64,000 nucleotides of DNA from Spirochaetia bacterium. GTDB lineage: Bacteria > Spirochaetota > Spirochaetia > SZUA-6 > Bin103. Where the stretch lies: positions 3,008,001-3,072,000 of the forward strand of contig CBDBDQ010000005.1 of the NCBI GenBank assembly GCA_965203905.1, given 5' to 3'. The notes beneath the pieces are model-generated. The model was not told the DNA's origin. It made no database searches and worked only from the letters and a program-made list of their open reading frames with translations. Shown piece after piece: positions 30,351 through 38,473 of this stretch; position 1 is the stretch's first letter, and the number at the start of each line of letters is the position of its first letter. A program made the position numbers and the translations under genes.

Positions 30351-30386
30351 GGCGCCTGTCCGTATCTGTTTGCGCGGGCAGGCGCC
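30351..30386 (+). terminator. Stem-loop after SBP gene (mRNA stabiliser/attenuator)
   Basis: GGCGCCTGTCCG / CGGGCAGGCGCC stem; a second hairpin ATCTCAC/GTGAGAT at 30321-30340. Confidence 0.5.
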
Positions 30387-30410
30387 TTCTCTTCGTAAGG
30401 AGATTGGGCA

Positions 30411-31340
30411 GTGCAGAGCGGAGTCAGTCAGACCGCGCTGGCAGCGAAGCAACAACGTCCAGGGTTTACCGCGAGACGCCAGGAAATGATCTTCGGAATC
30501 CTGTTCGCGGCTCCCGTTGTCTTGCACCTGGTTATCTTCAAGTACTACCCCGTTCTCTATTCCATCGGTCTCAGTCTCTACCGGGGATCCCTGCTGGATC
30601 CATTTCAGAAGTTCTTCGGGTTGGGGAACTTCCTCTTTGTACTGCGCAACGAGTACGCCATTCGCGGATTCCTGAACACCTTTCTGTATGGGGCCATGTA
30701 CGTTCCCGGCACCGTCGTGCTCGGCATCATACTGGGCTTGCTGGTGTCCAAGGAGTACGCCGGCAAGAGCATCTTCCGCGTAGCCTACTATACGCCCGTG
30801 GTGGTCTCCATCGTGGCCGCCGTGCAGGTCTGGTCGTGGGTCCTCAGTCCGAACAACTACGGCTTGGCGAACACGGTCCTGACCTCGGTCGGGCTCCCGG
30901 CCCTCCAGTGGTTCTACCATCCGGGCACCGCGCTCGCCTCCGTGGCAGTCCTGGGATTCTGGAGCGTGGGGCTCAACATGCTCATATTCCTCGCCGCCAT
31001 CAAGAACATCCCCGCGCAGCTCTACGAGTCCGCCACCGTGGACGGTGCCGGTCCCTGGCGGATGTTCTGGCGGATCACGATCCCGTTGCTGATGCCAACC
31101 ATCTACTTCGTGACGATCACCTCCACGATCCTCTCGTTGCGGCTGTTCGAGCCGATCCTGCTGCTGACCGGCGGTGGTCCGCTGAACTCCACGACGACGG
31201 TTTCATTTCAAATCTACGAGCAGGCATTTCAATTCGCCCGCTGGGGACGGGCATCGGCGCAGGCCGCGATCTTCTTCTTCATCGTGCTTGGCATCACCGT
31301 GATTCAGTACAAGGTGCTACCCGAGTCGTACGAGAAGTAG
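30411..31340 (+). CDS. Carbohydrate ABC transporter permease
   Basis: FLAAIKNIPAQLYESATVDGA, LTGGGPLNST. Confidence 0.9.
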   Translation: MQSGVSQTALAAKQQRPGFTARRQEMIFGILFAAPVVLHLVIFKYYPVLYSIGLSLYRGSLLDPFQKFFGLGNFLFVLRNEYAIRGFLNTFLYGAMYVPGTVVLGIILGLLVSKEYAGKSIFRVAYYTPVVVSIVAAVQVWSWVLSPNNYGLANTVLTSVGLPALQWFYHPGTALASVAVLGFWSVGLNMLIFLAAIKNIPAQLYESATVDGAGPWRMFWRITIPLLMPTIYFVTITSTILSLRLFEPILLLTGGGPLNSTTTVSFQIYEQAFQFARWGRASAQAAIFFFIVLGITVIQYKVLPESYEK

Positions 31341-31354
31341 GACCAGGAGCGGCG

Positions 31355-32200
31355 ATGTATCAGAACCGAGTTTACGTCTTCAAGAGGCGTCTCAATCACC
31401 TGCTGTGGCTGCTCCTCTGCGTGATGTTCCTGTTCTTCTTCATCGGCCCGTTCGTGTGGATGGTGACGACGTCGTTCAAGGCTCCCGCCGATATCGTGCG
31501 CTTCCCGCCGCGGCTTTTCCCCGAGCGCTGGGTGGTCGACAACTACGTCACCATGTGGAACGAGTTGAATTGGCTGCCCATGTTCGCGAACAGCTTCTGG
31601 ATCACGGGGGTAAGCGTCTTCCTGCTGGTGATGGTGAGCGCGCTTGGCGGGTTTTCGTTTGCCAAAATGCGCTGGCCGCTGCGCACCTTCTGCTTCCTGT
31701 TGATCGTTGCCGGTCTGATCGTACCGACCGAGGTAGACATGATACCCCGCTTTCTCATGATGACCAGTTGGGGGCTCACCGGTACCTACATTCCGGTCAT
31801 CCTGCTGATCATCGGTCAGGGCTTCCAGACCTTCATGATTCGGCAATTCATCGGCACGATTCCCGACGATTACTTCGATGCGGCGAAGGTCGATGGGATG
31901 GGCTATGTCTGGATGTTCGTCAAGATCGTGTTGCCTCTTTCCAAGGCTGGAGTCATCACGATGGCGATCTTTTCGACCTTCATGGTCTGGAACCAGTACG
32001 TCTACCCGCTGATCTACCTCACCAAACCGCACCAGTTTACGCTGCAACTGGGTCTTGGTCTGCTGCAGCAGCGCCTCGTTGGTCAGTTTGGGCCACTCAT
32101 GGCGGCGGCGACCATGATCAGCATCCCGACGCTGATCATCTACCTGCTGTTCCAGCAGCGCCTCACGAGCGGCATCGCAATGACTGGAGTGAAGGGGTAG
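31355..32200 (+). CDS. Carbohydrate ABC transporter permease
   Basis: Start MYQNRV after AGGAG; IPDDYFDAAKVDG, WNQYVYPL. Confidence 0.9.
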   Translation: MYQNRVYVFKRRLNHLLWLLLCVMFLFFFIGPFVWMVTTSFKAPADIVRFPPRLFPERWVVDNYVTMWNELNWLPMFANSFWITGVSVFLLVMVSALGGFSFAKMRWPLRTFCFLLIVAGLIVPTEVDMIPRFLMMTSWGLTGTYIPVILLIIGQGFQTFMIRQFIGTIPDDYFDAAKVDGMGYVWMFVKIVLPLSKAGVITMAIFSTFMVWNQYVYPLIYLTKPHQFTLQLGLGLLQQRLVGQFGPLMAAATMISIPTLIIYLLFQQRLTSGIAMTGVKG

Positions 32201-32205
32201 TCAAC

Positions 32206-33246
32206 CTGCAGCAAGGGCCTTCGGCAGCGCGCATCCTCGTGATCGGCGGTACCGGCATCATCAGCACGGGAATCAGCCGCCTGCTCATAGAGCAGGGCTA
32301 CGAGGTTGTTCTCTACAATCGAGGCCAGAGACCGTCACAGGTCAGGGGAGGCTACACGACCATTGCCGGTGATCGCACGGACTTTGCCGCGTTCGAGGAT
32401 CAGATGGCAGAAGCGGGTACGTTCGATTGCGTGATCGACATGGTCTGCTACCGGCCCGACGAGGCGGAGAGCGCCATTCGTGCTTTCGCGGGCCGTACCG
32501 GACAGTACGTCTTCTGCAGCACGGTCGATGTCTATACCAAGCCTGCCGCAGCCTATCCGATCACCGAGGCCGCTGAGAGGTTACCCTCGAAGAAGTTCAG
32601 GTACGGATACGACAAGGCCCGTTGCGAAGAACTGCTGTTTGCCGCCCACGAACGTGGCGATCTGGTTGTCACCAGCATCCGCCCCGGGCACACCTATGGC
32701 GAAGGTGGGAACAATCTCCTGCATGCGCTTGGCCGTGGAAATTATCACGTGGATCGTTTGAAGAAGGGGCAGCCGATCATCGTTCACGGCAACGGCAGGT
32801 CGTTCTGGCCCACCTGCCACCGCGATGACGTGGCGGCAGCCTTTGTCGGCGCCCTCGGCAACGCGAAGGCCCATGGGCGCGGGTATCATGTTGCCGGCGA
32901 GGAATGGATGACGTGGGAAGGGTATCATCAGGGCCTGGCGAAGGCGGTCGGCGCGAAACCGCCGGAGTTTGTCTACATTCCCACCGATGCGCTGGTGCGT
33001 ATGGTGCCGGAGCAGGCCACGTTGACGGAGATGAACTTCAGCTACAACAACCTGTTCGACAACACGGCCGCCAGACAGGACCTCGGCTTTCGCGTGACCA
33101 TCCCCTGGGTGGAGGGCGTCCGCCGGACGGTCGAGTGGCTGGAGCACCACGGCCAACTGGAGCGCAGCGACGACTTTCCCTTCTACGATCGGATCATCGA
33201 TGCGTGGCAGCAGGCCACCGGGAACCTGGCGCCGCTCACGACATGA
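32206..33246 (+). CDS. NAD-dependent epimerase/dehydratase family protein, probable CTG start
   Basis: RILVIGGTGIIS Rossmann motif, STVDVY, YGYDK; no canonical start between permease stop and Rossmann motif. Confidence 0.8.
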   Translation: MQQGPSAARILVIGGTGIISTGISRLLIEQGYEVVLYNRGQRPSQVRGGYTTIAGDRTDFAAFEDQMAEAGTFDCVIDMVCYRPDEAESAIRAFAGRTGQYVFCSTVDVYTKPAAAYPITEAAERLPSKKFRYGYDKARCEELLFAAHERGDLVVTSIRPGHTYGEGGNNLLHALGRGNYHVDRLKKGQPIIVHGNGRSFWPTCHRDDVAAAFVGALGNAKAHGRGYHVAGEEWMTWEGYHQGLAKAVGAKPPEFVYIPTDALVRMVPEQATLTEMNFSYNNLFDNTAARQDLGFRVTIPWVEGVRRTVEWLEHHGQLERSDDFPFYDRIIDAWQQATGNLAPLTT

Positions 33247-34006
33247 TCAGGCCGCCGTCGACGTTGATGGTCTGGCCCGTGATGTACGCCGCGTCGTCCG
33301 AGGCCAGGAAGGCAACGAGTCCGGCCACATCCTCCGGTGTTCCCGCGCGCTTCATCGGAATGCCCTCGACCCACTCGGCCATGAGCTCGCCCGGCCCGTA
33401 GTCGCCGAGCAACGTACCCCAGACGCGATCGTTGTAGGCCCACATCTCGGTATCGATGATTCCGGGGCAGAAGGCGTTGACCGTGATCCCCTCCGCGGCA
33501 AGCTCCTTCGCCAGGCTCTGCGTGATCCCCACGACCCCCATCTTGCTCGCCGCGTAGTGCGGCGTGTAGATGAAGCCCTGGCGGGCCTGCCCGGAGGCGG
33601 TATTGATGAGTCGCCCCCAGCCCTTCACTCGCATGTAGGCCGCCGCAGCCTGGCAGCACAGGAACACTCCCTTGGTGTTCACCGCCATGACCCGGTCCCA
33701 CTCCTCCTCGTTGAGCTGCTCCAGGCGAGCGATGGTAATGACCCCCGCGTTCTGCACCGAGATATCGACCGAGCCGTAGCGCTCGCAGGCGGTCGCGTAG
33801 AGAAGGTCGACGTCGTTCTTTTGGGTCACATCGCAAACCAGCGAGGTGGCCTCGCCGCCATCCTTTCTGATCTCCTCGGCGACCTGGTGCACGGCCTCTT
33901 CGTCTGCACTCACGACCACTCGCGCACCGTCCGCCGCAAACCGCCGCGCAATACCTCGTCCGATCCCGCGACTCGCACCCGTGACGACGACCGTTTTCGC
34001 AGCCAT
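33236..34006 (-). CDS. Short-chain dehydrogenase/reductase (SDR)
   Basis: TGASRGIG, NAGV, YAASK, NAFCPGIIDT, ITGQTINVDGG. Confidence 0.92.
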   Translation of the reverse strand: MAAKTVVVTGASRGIGRGIARRFAADGARVVVSADEEAVHQVAEEIRKDGGEATSLVCDVTQKNDVDLLYATACERYGSVDISVQNAGVITIARLEQLNEEEWDRVMAVNTKGVFLCCQAAAAYMRVKGWGRLINTASGQARQGFIYTPHYAASKMGVVGITQSLAKELAAEGITVNAFCPGIIDTEMWAYNDRVWGTLLGDYGPGELMAEWVEGIPMKRAGTPEDVAGLVAFLASDDAAYITGQTINVDGGLIMS

Positions 34007-34049
34007 TGCGCACTTTCGTAAAGGAATAGGGAAGAATTCGCAATGGGCG

Positions 34050-34586
34050 TCACGGCGACCTGAACTCCTTCGCGTAGCGCGCCACGCCGGTACAGCCGCC
34101 GAGCGCGCCCGGCTCCAACTCCAGCACCATGAAGACATCGTCCGGCACGTCCAGCTCGAACCTGATGCCGTGCCGCCGTGCCGCAACGAAGCCGAAGCGG
34201 GGGTAGTAGGCGGGATGGCCGAGCACGACGGCGATGCGGTATCCCGATTCGCGGCACCGGTCGAGACCTTGGGCGACGAGCCGGCTGCCGATGCCGCGAC
34301 CCTGGCAGTCGGGATCGACCGCCATCGGTGCCAGTCCGACCGCCTCGTGCACGCAATCCGGCCCCTGAATCGTCACCGGGGTGAAGAGAACGTGCCCGAC
34401 CAGCCGTTCGCCGTCGAGGGCAACCAGGGAGATGCTCCGCTCGCCACGCGCCCGTACGGCATCGACCAGCGCCGCTTCGTCGGGCTGCCCGAAGGCCCGC
34501 TCGTTCACGGCGCGGATCCCCGGAGTGTCCCCGGGACGCTCCGGCCGTATGGTCAACTTAAGGGGAAATCGAGGAGTCTCGAACAT
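34050..34586 (-). CDS. YhbS-like GNAT N-acetyltransferase (start uncertain; TTG 34556 possible)
   Basis: TIRPE, AFGQPDEAALV, LAPMAVDPDCQGRGIG, VLGHPAYYPRFGF. Confidence 0.85.
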   Translation of the reverse strand: MFETPRFPLKLTIRPERPGDTPGIRAVNERAFGQPDEAALVDAVRARGERSISLVALDGERLVGHVLFTPVTIQGPDCVHEAVGLAPMAVDPDCQGRGIGSRLVAQGLDRCRESGYRIAVVLGHPAYYPRFGFVAARRHGIRFELDVPDDVFMVLELEPGALGGCTGVARYAKEFRSP

Positions 34587-34632
34587 GACCAGGAGCGGAC
34601 AGTACATCAAGATCGCCGAATGGTCAGAGTGA
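34585..34632 (+). pseudogene. HicB-like antitoxin N-terminal remnant (15 aa)
   Basis: RBS GAGGAG then MTRSGQYIKIAEWSE-stop, resembling the Y-x-K-I-V-E-W-S-E-E-D start of HicB-family proteins. Confidence 0.4.
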
Positions 34633-35541
34633 TGCAGGAGCGGCGGGAGCGCGACTTGGCGCAACAGCCGAAGCTGCTTGAGGCGTGCGTCAAGGTGCGT
34701 GCTGGCGGTCCTCGGCTCTGGCGCCAGCGCCTGGAGGGCGCCGCCCCGCGACCTGGCGCTCAAGGAACGGTTGGCCACGCCCGATGTTCCGAGTGACGGC
34801 CACACTGCATGACGATTCCGCAGATTCACGACCGTCTGTTTCGCAACGTGTTTGGCGATCGCCGCGAGGCCGCCGCCTTGCTGCGGCCGCACTTGCCGGC
34901 GCCATTGGCCGACGCCTTGACTGGTCCACCCTCAGGCTGCTGAACCGCAGCTACATCGACGACGACGCGCGCGCCAGCGAGTTGGACCTGCTGTTCACCA
35001 TCGAGCGCAACGCGGACGAGGCGCCGCTGGCGCTGTACGTGCTGCTTGAGCACCAATCAGAGCCCAACCGGTACATGCGGTTGCGGCTGCTGAAGTACTG
35101 CTGCCGTATCTGGGAGCAGGCGGAGCAGGAGCCAGGGCGGCTGCGCGCCATCGTGCCGCTGGTGCTTTATCAGGGCCGTGGCGGTGGCCCTGGCCCACCG
35201 AGTTGTCCGAGTTGTACGCGCCGGTGGAGCGGGATTGGCCGTGGACGCCGCGCTTCGCCCACCTGGTGATCGATCAGTCGCAGGCCGCGGGTGAGCGGTT
35301 GGACGGTGGACCCCGTGGGCGAATCGCGCTGCTGGCGCTGATGGCGGCATACCGGCACGGCCGCGAGCAGTTGCAGTTGGCGCTGCGCGTGGTGCGCCTG
35401 CTGGCGGCGTTGCCGCCAACAGGACGTTTCGATATCGTCAAGTTGTTCGTAACCTACTTGCTGCAGACTCAGGACGAGGCCCATCTGCCGCGGCTCAGCG
35501 AGGAGTGGCGGCGGCGGGCACCGGAGGCGGGAGGTGACTTC

Positions 35542-35778
35542 GTGACCATAGCGGAGATGCTCATCAAGCAGGGCCGTCAGGAGGGCCGTCAGGAAGGCCG
35601 TCAGGAAGGCAGGATCGAGACTCTCGAACAGCTGGTGCGCTCCGGTGTGGAGTGGCCGCTGATCGAGTCGGCCGCCGGCAACGATCCCGACACGTTGCGG
35701 GCGCTCAAGGAACGGTTGGACCCGGAACAGACCAACGGTCACGCCGACGGGGCCGACCAGCCGGGACCTCCTCGCTGA
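35542..35778 (+). CDS. Intragenic small Rpn protein (RpnS-like antitoxin), 78 aa
   Basis: GGAGG RBS 7 nt before GTG-ACC-ATA-GCG-GAG (MTIAE), the conserved internal start of RpnS; frame intact to stop. Confidence 0.65.
   Translation: MTIAEMLIKQGRQEGRQEGRQEGRIETLEQLVRSGVEWPLIESAAGNDPDTLRALKERLDPEQTNGHADGADQPGPPR
35572..35613 (+). repeat. 12-bp tandem repeat encoding (GRQE)n of Rpn tail
   Basis: GGCCGTCAGGAR x3 plus a partial copy. Confidence 0.8.
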
Positions 35779-35867
35779 CGCCGCGCCTGCAGCCGGCGGC
35801 CGCGCCGTGTACAGAGCCCACGAAGTGATCGATCCCTGGTGCGGCTGAGCGCAGCCGCGGCCGCCGC

Positions 35868-38378
35868 TCAGTGGGCGACGCCGAGTCGGTGCAGGCGCCG
35901 GTGCAGTGCTTCGCGTGCCTCCAGGAAGGGGCGTTCCAGGTAGGCGACGTGGTCCGGCTCGCCGTGGTGGAAGGTGGTCTCCGCGTCGGGCCGCCGCGGC
36001 GCGGTGTGGCGCACGTAGGAGAGGCAGCCGTCGATCAGGGTCAGCATGTACTCGGCGGTGTCGCGGTTGAACATCCACCACTCTCCCCCTACCGCGATGT
36101 AGACCGGGGAGGTGTGGGCAAAGATACCGCGCTGCCAGCCGTCGTGGTGCTGCACGCTCCCGTAGCCGGGGCCGCCGACCCGCGCCGCCAGCCAACTGTG
36201 GCCGTCGACCCGCACCCGCTCGCGCAGCTCCAGCCGCCGCCGTCCCTCGGGCGCGTCGCCGCGCGCCGCGTCGACCTGCGCGATCACCCGGCCCTGCTGC
36301 ACCAGTTGCAGGGTGTGGATCGGCAGGATGCTCTCCGCCCACGCGTGCACCTCCACCGTGCCGGCGGCAGACAGCCGCAGCGTGTCGCCGATGCCGGCGC
36401 CCTCCACGCTGAGCCCGATCAGCGGACCGCCGCTCAGGAACGTGCGCCCGCGCTTCACCGCGTCGCACCAAGCCCCGTAGGTGAACTCCCGGTCGTCGCC
36501 CACCTGGGCGTAGGTACGGTACAGGCCGATCGGCACGTCGCTGCTCATCTTGTCGGTGCCGCCGACCAGCGGCAGCCGATACCCGCAGTTCAGGTAGCGG
36601 TAGTACTCCAGGTGATTGAACTCGCCCTGGCGCAGCATCTCCACACCGTCGGCGCGGCCGGTGGCGATCAGGGCCGCCGGCTCGCCGTTGGGATGCGGCA
36701 GGTGGGGGATGATCACGTGGCCTCCCTGGGCGTGGGTGCGGTCGGCCCAGTCGCTCATGGTCACGTCCAGGCTGCCGCCCGGCTCCGCCTCGCCGGGCCC
36801 GTCGCTGCACCACGGCATCACCGGTTCCTTGAGCCCCCACAGGATCAGGTGGCCGAGAAAGTGCTGCCGATTCTCCTGGCTGACGTAGACGATGTTGTTG
36901 CCCTGCTGGTGCACGCTGGCCCCGCCGGTGAACTCCTCGCTGTTGGTGAACAGGCTGCCCCACTGCGACTGCAGCAGGTTGACCACGTTGAGGTCCTCGC
37001 CCTGCGACTCGGTGTGGCTGCCCTGGGCCGACAGGAAGTGGACGTGGGAATCGCCCGAGTACCAGCCGCGGGCGTTCATGTCGGTCCAGCGCTTGAGCCG
37101 CAGCGTCAGCTCGCGCTGGCCCGGCTTGACCTGCACGCGTGCGCGCACTGGCTGGTACTCGAAGCCGCGCGCCACGTCCACGATCACGTCGCCGCGCGGC
37201 AGCCACCCCTGGCAGTGGCCGTCGATGTAGGCGTAGGTGATCTGGCCCAGGCGCACGTCGCCGCCCACGTCGATGTGCCAGCTCCCGTTGTTGGAGTTGA
37301 CCTGGTTGTGGTGGCCGTGGGGCTGGAACGGCACCCCGGCCGGGGACCGGAAGTGCACCCGGCACGGCACCGGCCTGCCGGTGTCTGCGTCCAGCACCGT
37401 CACGTGCACCCAGTTGCGGCCGCCGTCCAGCAGCTCGACGCGGACCCCACCGTCGGCGGCGCTGCCGCGGCGCTCCACGTCGCCCCAGCGCACGCTCCCT
37501 AGCGCGCTGCCGTCCTGCTCAACGGTTACGGTGGCCGACGGGGTCGCGGCGACCTCGGTGTAGGCGGGGCTGGAGGCAGGGTTCTGCGCCTCGCCCCAGC
37601 CGGCGTAGCGGTCGCCGACGAAGCTGTCCGCGTCGGCCGCGGGCAGGGGATGCACGTAGGTCGCGATGCCGCGGTCGACCTTCACGTCCAGGTCGAACGG
37701 CCGGCGCGCGGCCTCGGCATCGGTCAGGGTCAGCTTCACCTCGCGCCGCCCCTGGCGTGGAAACGGGAACTCGTCGACGTGGCCGGTGGTGACGCCGGCG
37801 ACGATGAACGCCGGTCCCGTGGCCGCCGGCTCGATGCAAAGCTCCTCGATGACCTGCTCAGGGTCGGGGTTGCGCCACGCCCACAGGGTGTAGGTCGCCG
37901 GCCCGCACCTGACCTCGGTCTGACGCGTCCCCGCATACTCCCAGCGCCCCTCGTAGCGCGGCAGCAGCCGTTGGCCGCGGTCGTCTGCGCCCAGGTAGGC
38001 GCGGTCGCGCTCCGTCGCCGCGATCTCGAACCGCTCGCGGATGGCCAGCGGCTGGCCGGCCTCCGCGCCGCCAGGCACACGGAACGTATAGGTCGCGACC
38101 GGCCGCCCCAGCGGGCCCCCCGCCATGAGCTGGCTGTCGAGCACCGCGTGGGCGACGATCACGGTGTGACAAGCGCGGCCGATCGCGACCGTCACCGCGC
38201 CCGTAGCGGCGCTGCAGCGCAGGAAGCAGCGCTCCGGACACGGTTCGGGAGCGCCCACCTGAAACGGCAGGCCTTGCAACGACTGCCGCCCGAGCGGCGG
38301 CTCGTGGGCCAGGTCGGCGAGCACCTCGACGCCCGCGTTGCACAGGGCGTCCAGCGAAACCGGCTGGTAGTCCGTCAT
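35868..38378 (-). CDS. CehA/McbA family metallohydrolase (PHP-like C-terminal domain)
   Basis: DADTGRPVPCRVHF, RGFEY, WYSGDSHVH, YYRYLNCGYRLPLVGGTD, GRTFLSGGPL, AHTSPVY. Confidence 0.8.
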   Translation of the reverse strand: MTDYQPVSLDALCNAGVEVLADLAHEPPLGRQSLQGLPFQVGAPEPCPERCFLRCSAATGAVTVAIGRACHTVIVAHAVLDSQLMAGGPLGRPVATYTFRVPGGAEAGQPLAIRERFEIAATERDRAYLGADDRGQRLLPRYEGRWEYAGTRQTEVRCGPATYTLWAWRNPDPEQVIEELCIEPAATGPAFIVAGVTTGHVDEFPFPRQGRREVKLTLTDAEAARRPFDLDVKVDRGIATYVHPLPAADADSFVGDRYAGWGEAQNPASSPAYTEVAATPSATVTVEQDGSALGSVRWGDVERRGSAADGGVRVELLDGGRNWVHVTVLDADTGRPVPCRVHFRSPAGVPFQPHGHHNQVNSNNGSWHIDVGGDVRLGQITYAYIDGHCQGWLPRGDVIVDVARGFEYQPVRARVQVKPGQRELTLRLKRWTDMNARGWYSGDSHVHFLSAQGSHTESQGEDLNVVNLLQSQWGSLFTNSEEFTGGASVHQQGNNIVYVSQENRQHFLGHLILWGLKEPVMPWCSDGPGEAEPGGSLDVTMSDWADRTHAQGGHVIIPHLPHPNGEPAALIATGRADGVEMLRQGEFNHLEYYRYLNCGYRLPLVGGTDKMSSDVPIGLYRTYAQVGDDREFTYGAWCDAVKRGRTFLSGGPLIGLSVEGAGIGDTLRLSAAGTVEVHAWAESILPIHTLQLVQQGRVIAQVDAARGDAPEGRRRLELRERVRVDGHSWLAARVGGPGYGSVQHHDGWQRGIFAHTSPVYIAVGGEWWMFNRDTAEYMLTLIDGCLSYVRHTAPRRPDAETTFHHGEPDHVAYLERPFLEAREALHRRLHRLGVAH

Positions 38379-38435
38379 CCCGCCAGCATAGCCGGATAGC
38401 GTGGTCGAGGCACAGGGCGATGAGTGGGAGGAGTG

Positions 38436-38463
38436 GGAGGCGGCCGCCACGACGGCCACCTCC
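38436..38463 (-). terminator. Stem-loop after SBP gene
   Basis: GGAGGCGGCCG / CGGCCACCTCC inverted repeat. Confidence 0.5.
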
Positions 38464-38473
38464 GTGCAACCTC

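Larger units (their letters stand above)
34809..35778 (+). pseudogene. Rpn/YhgA-like PD-(D/E)XK nuclease (Transposase_31), two -1 frameshifts (~34919, ~35184)
   Basis: MTIPQIHDRLFRNVF...L / DWSTLRL...DLLF...YVLLEHQS...IVPLVLYQG / WPTELSELY...QEGRQEGR spread over three frames. Confidence 0.85.

Noticed and set aside
35572-35613. Short direct repeats as a CRISPR-like array
   Set aside because: No spacers; in-frame GRQE coding repeat typical of Rpn tails
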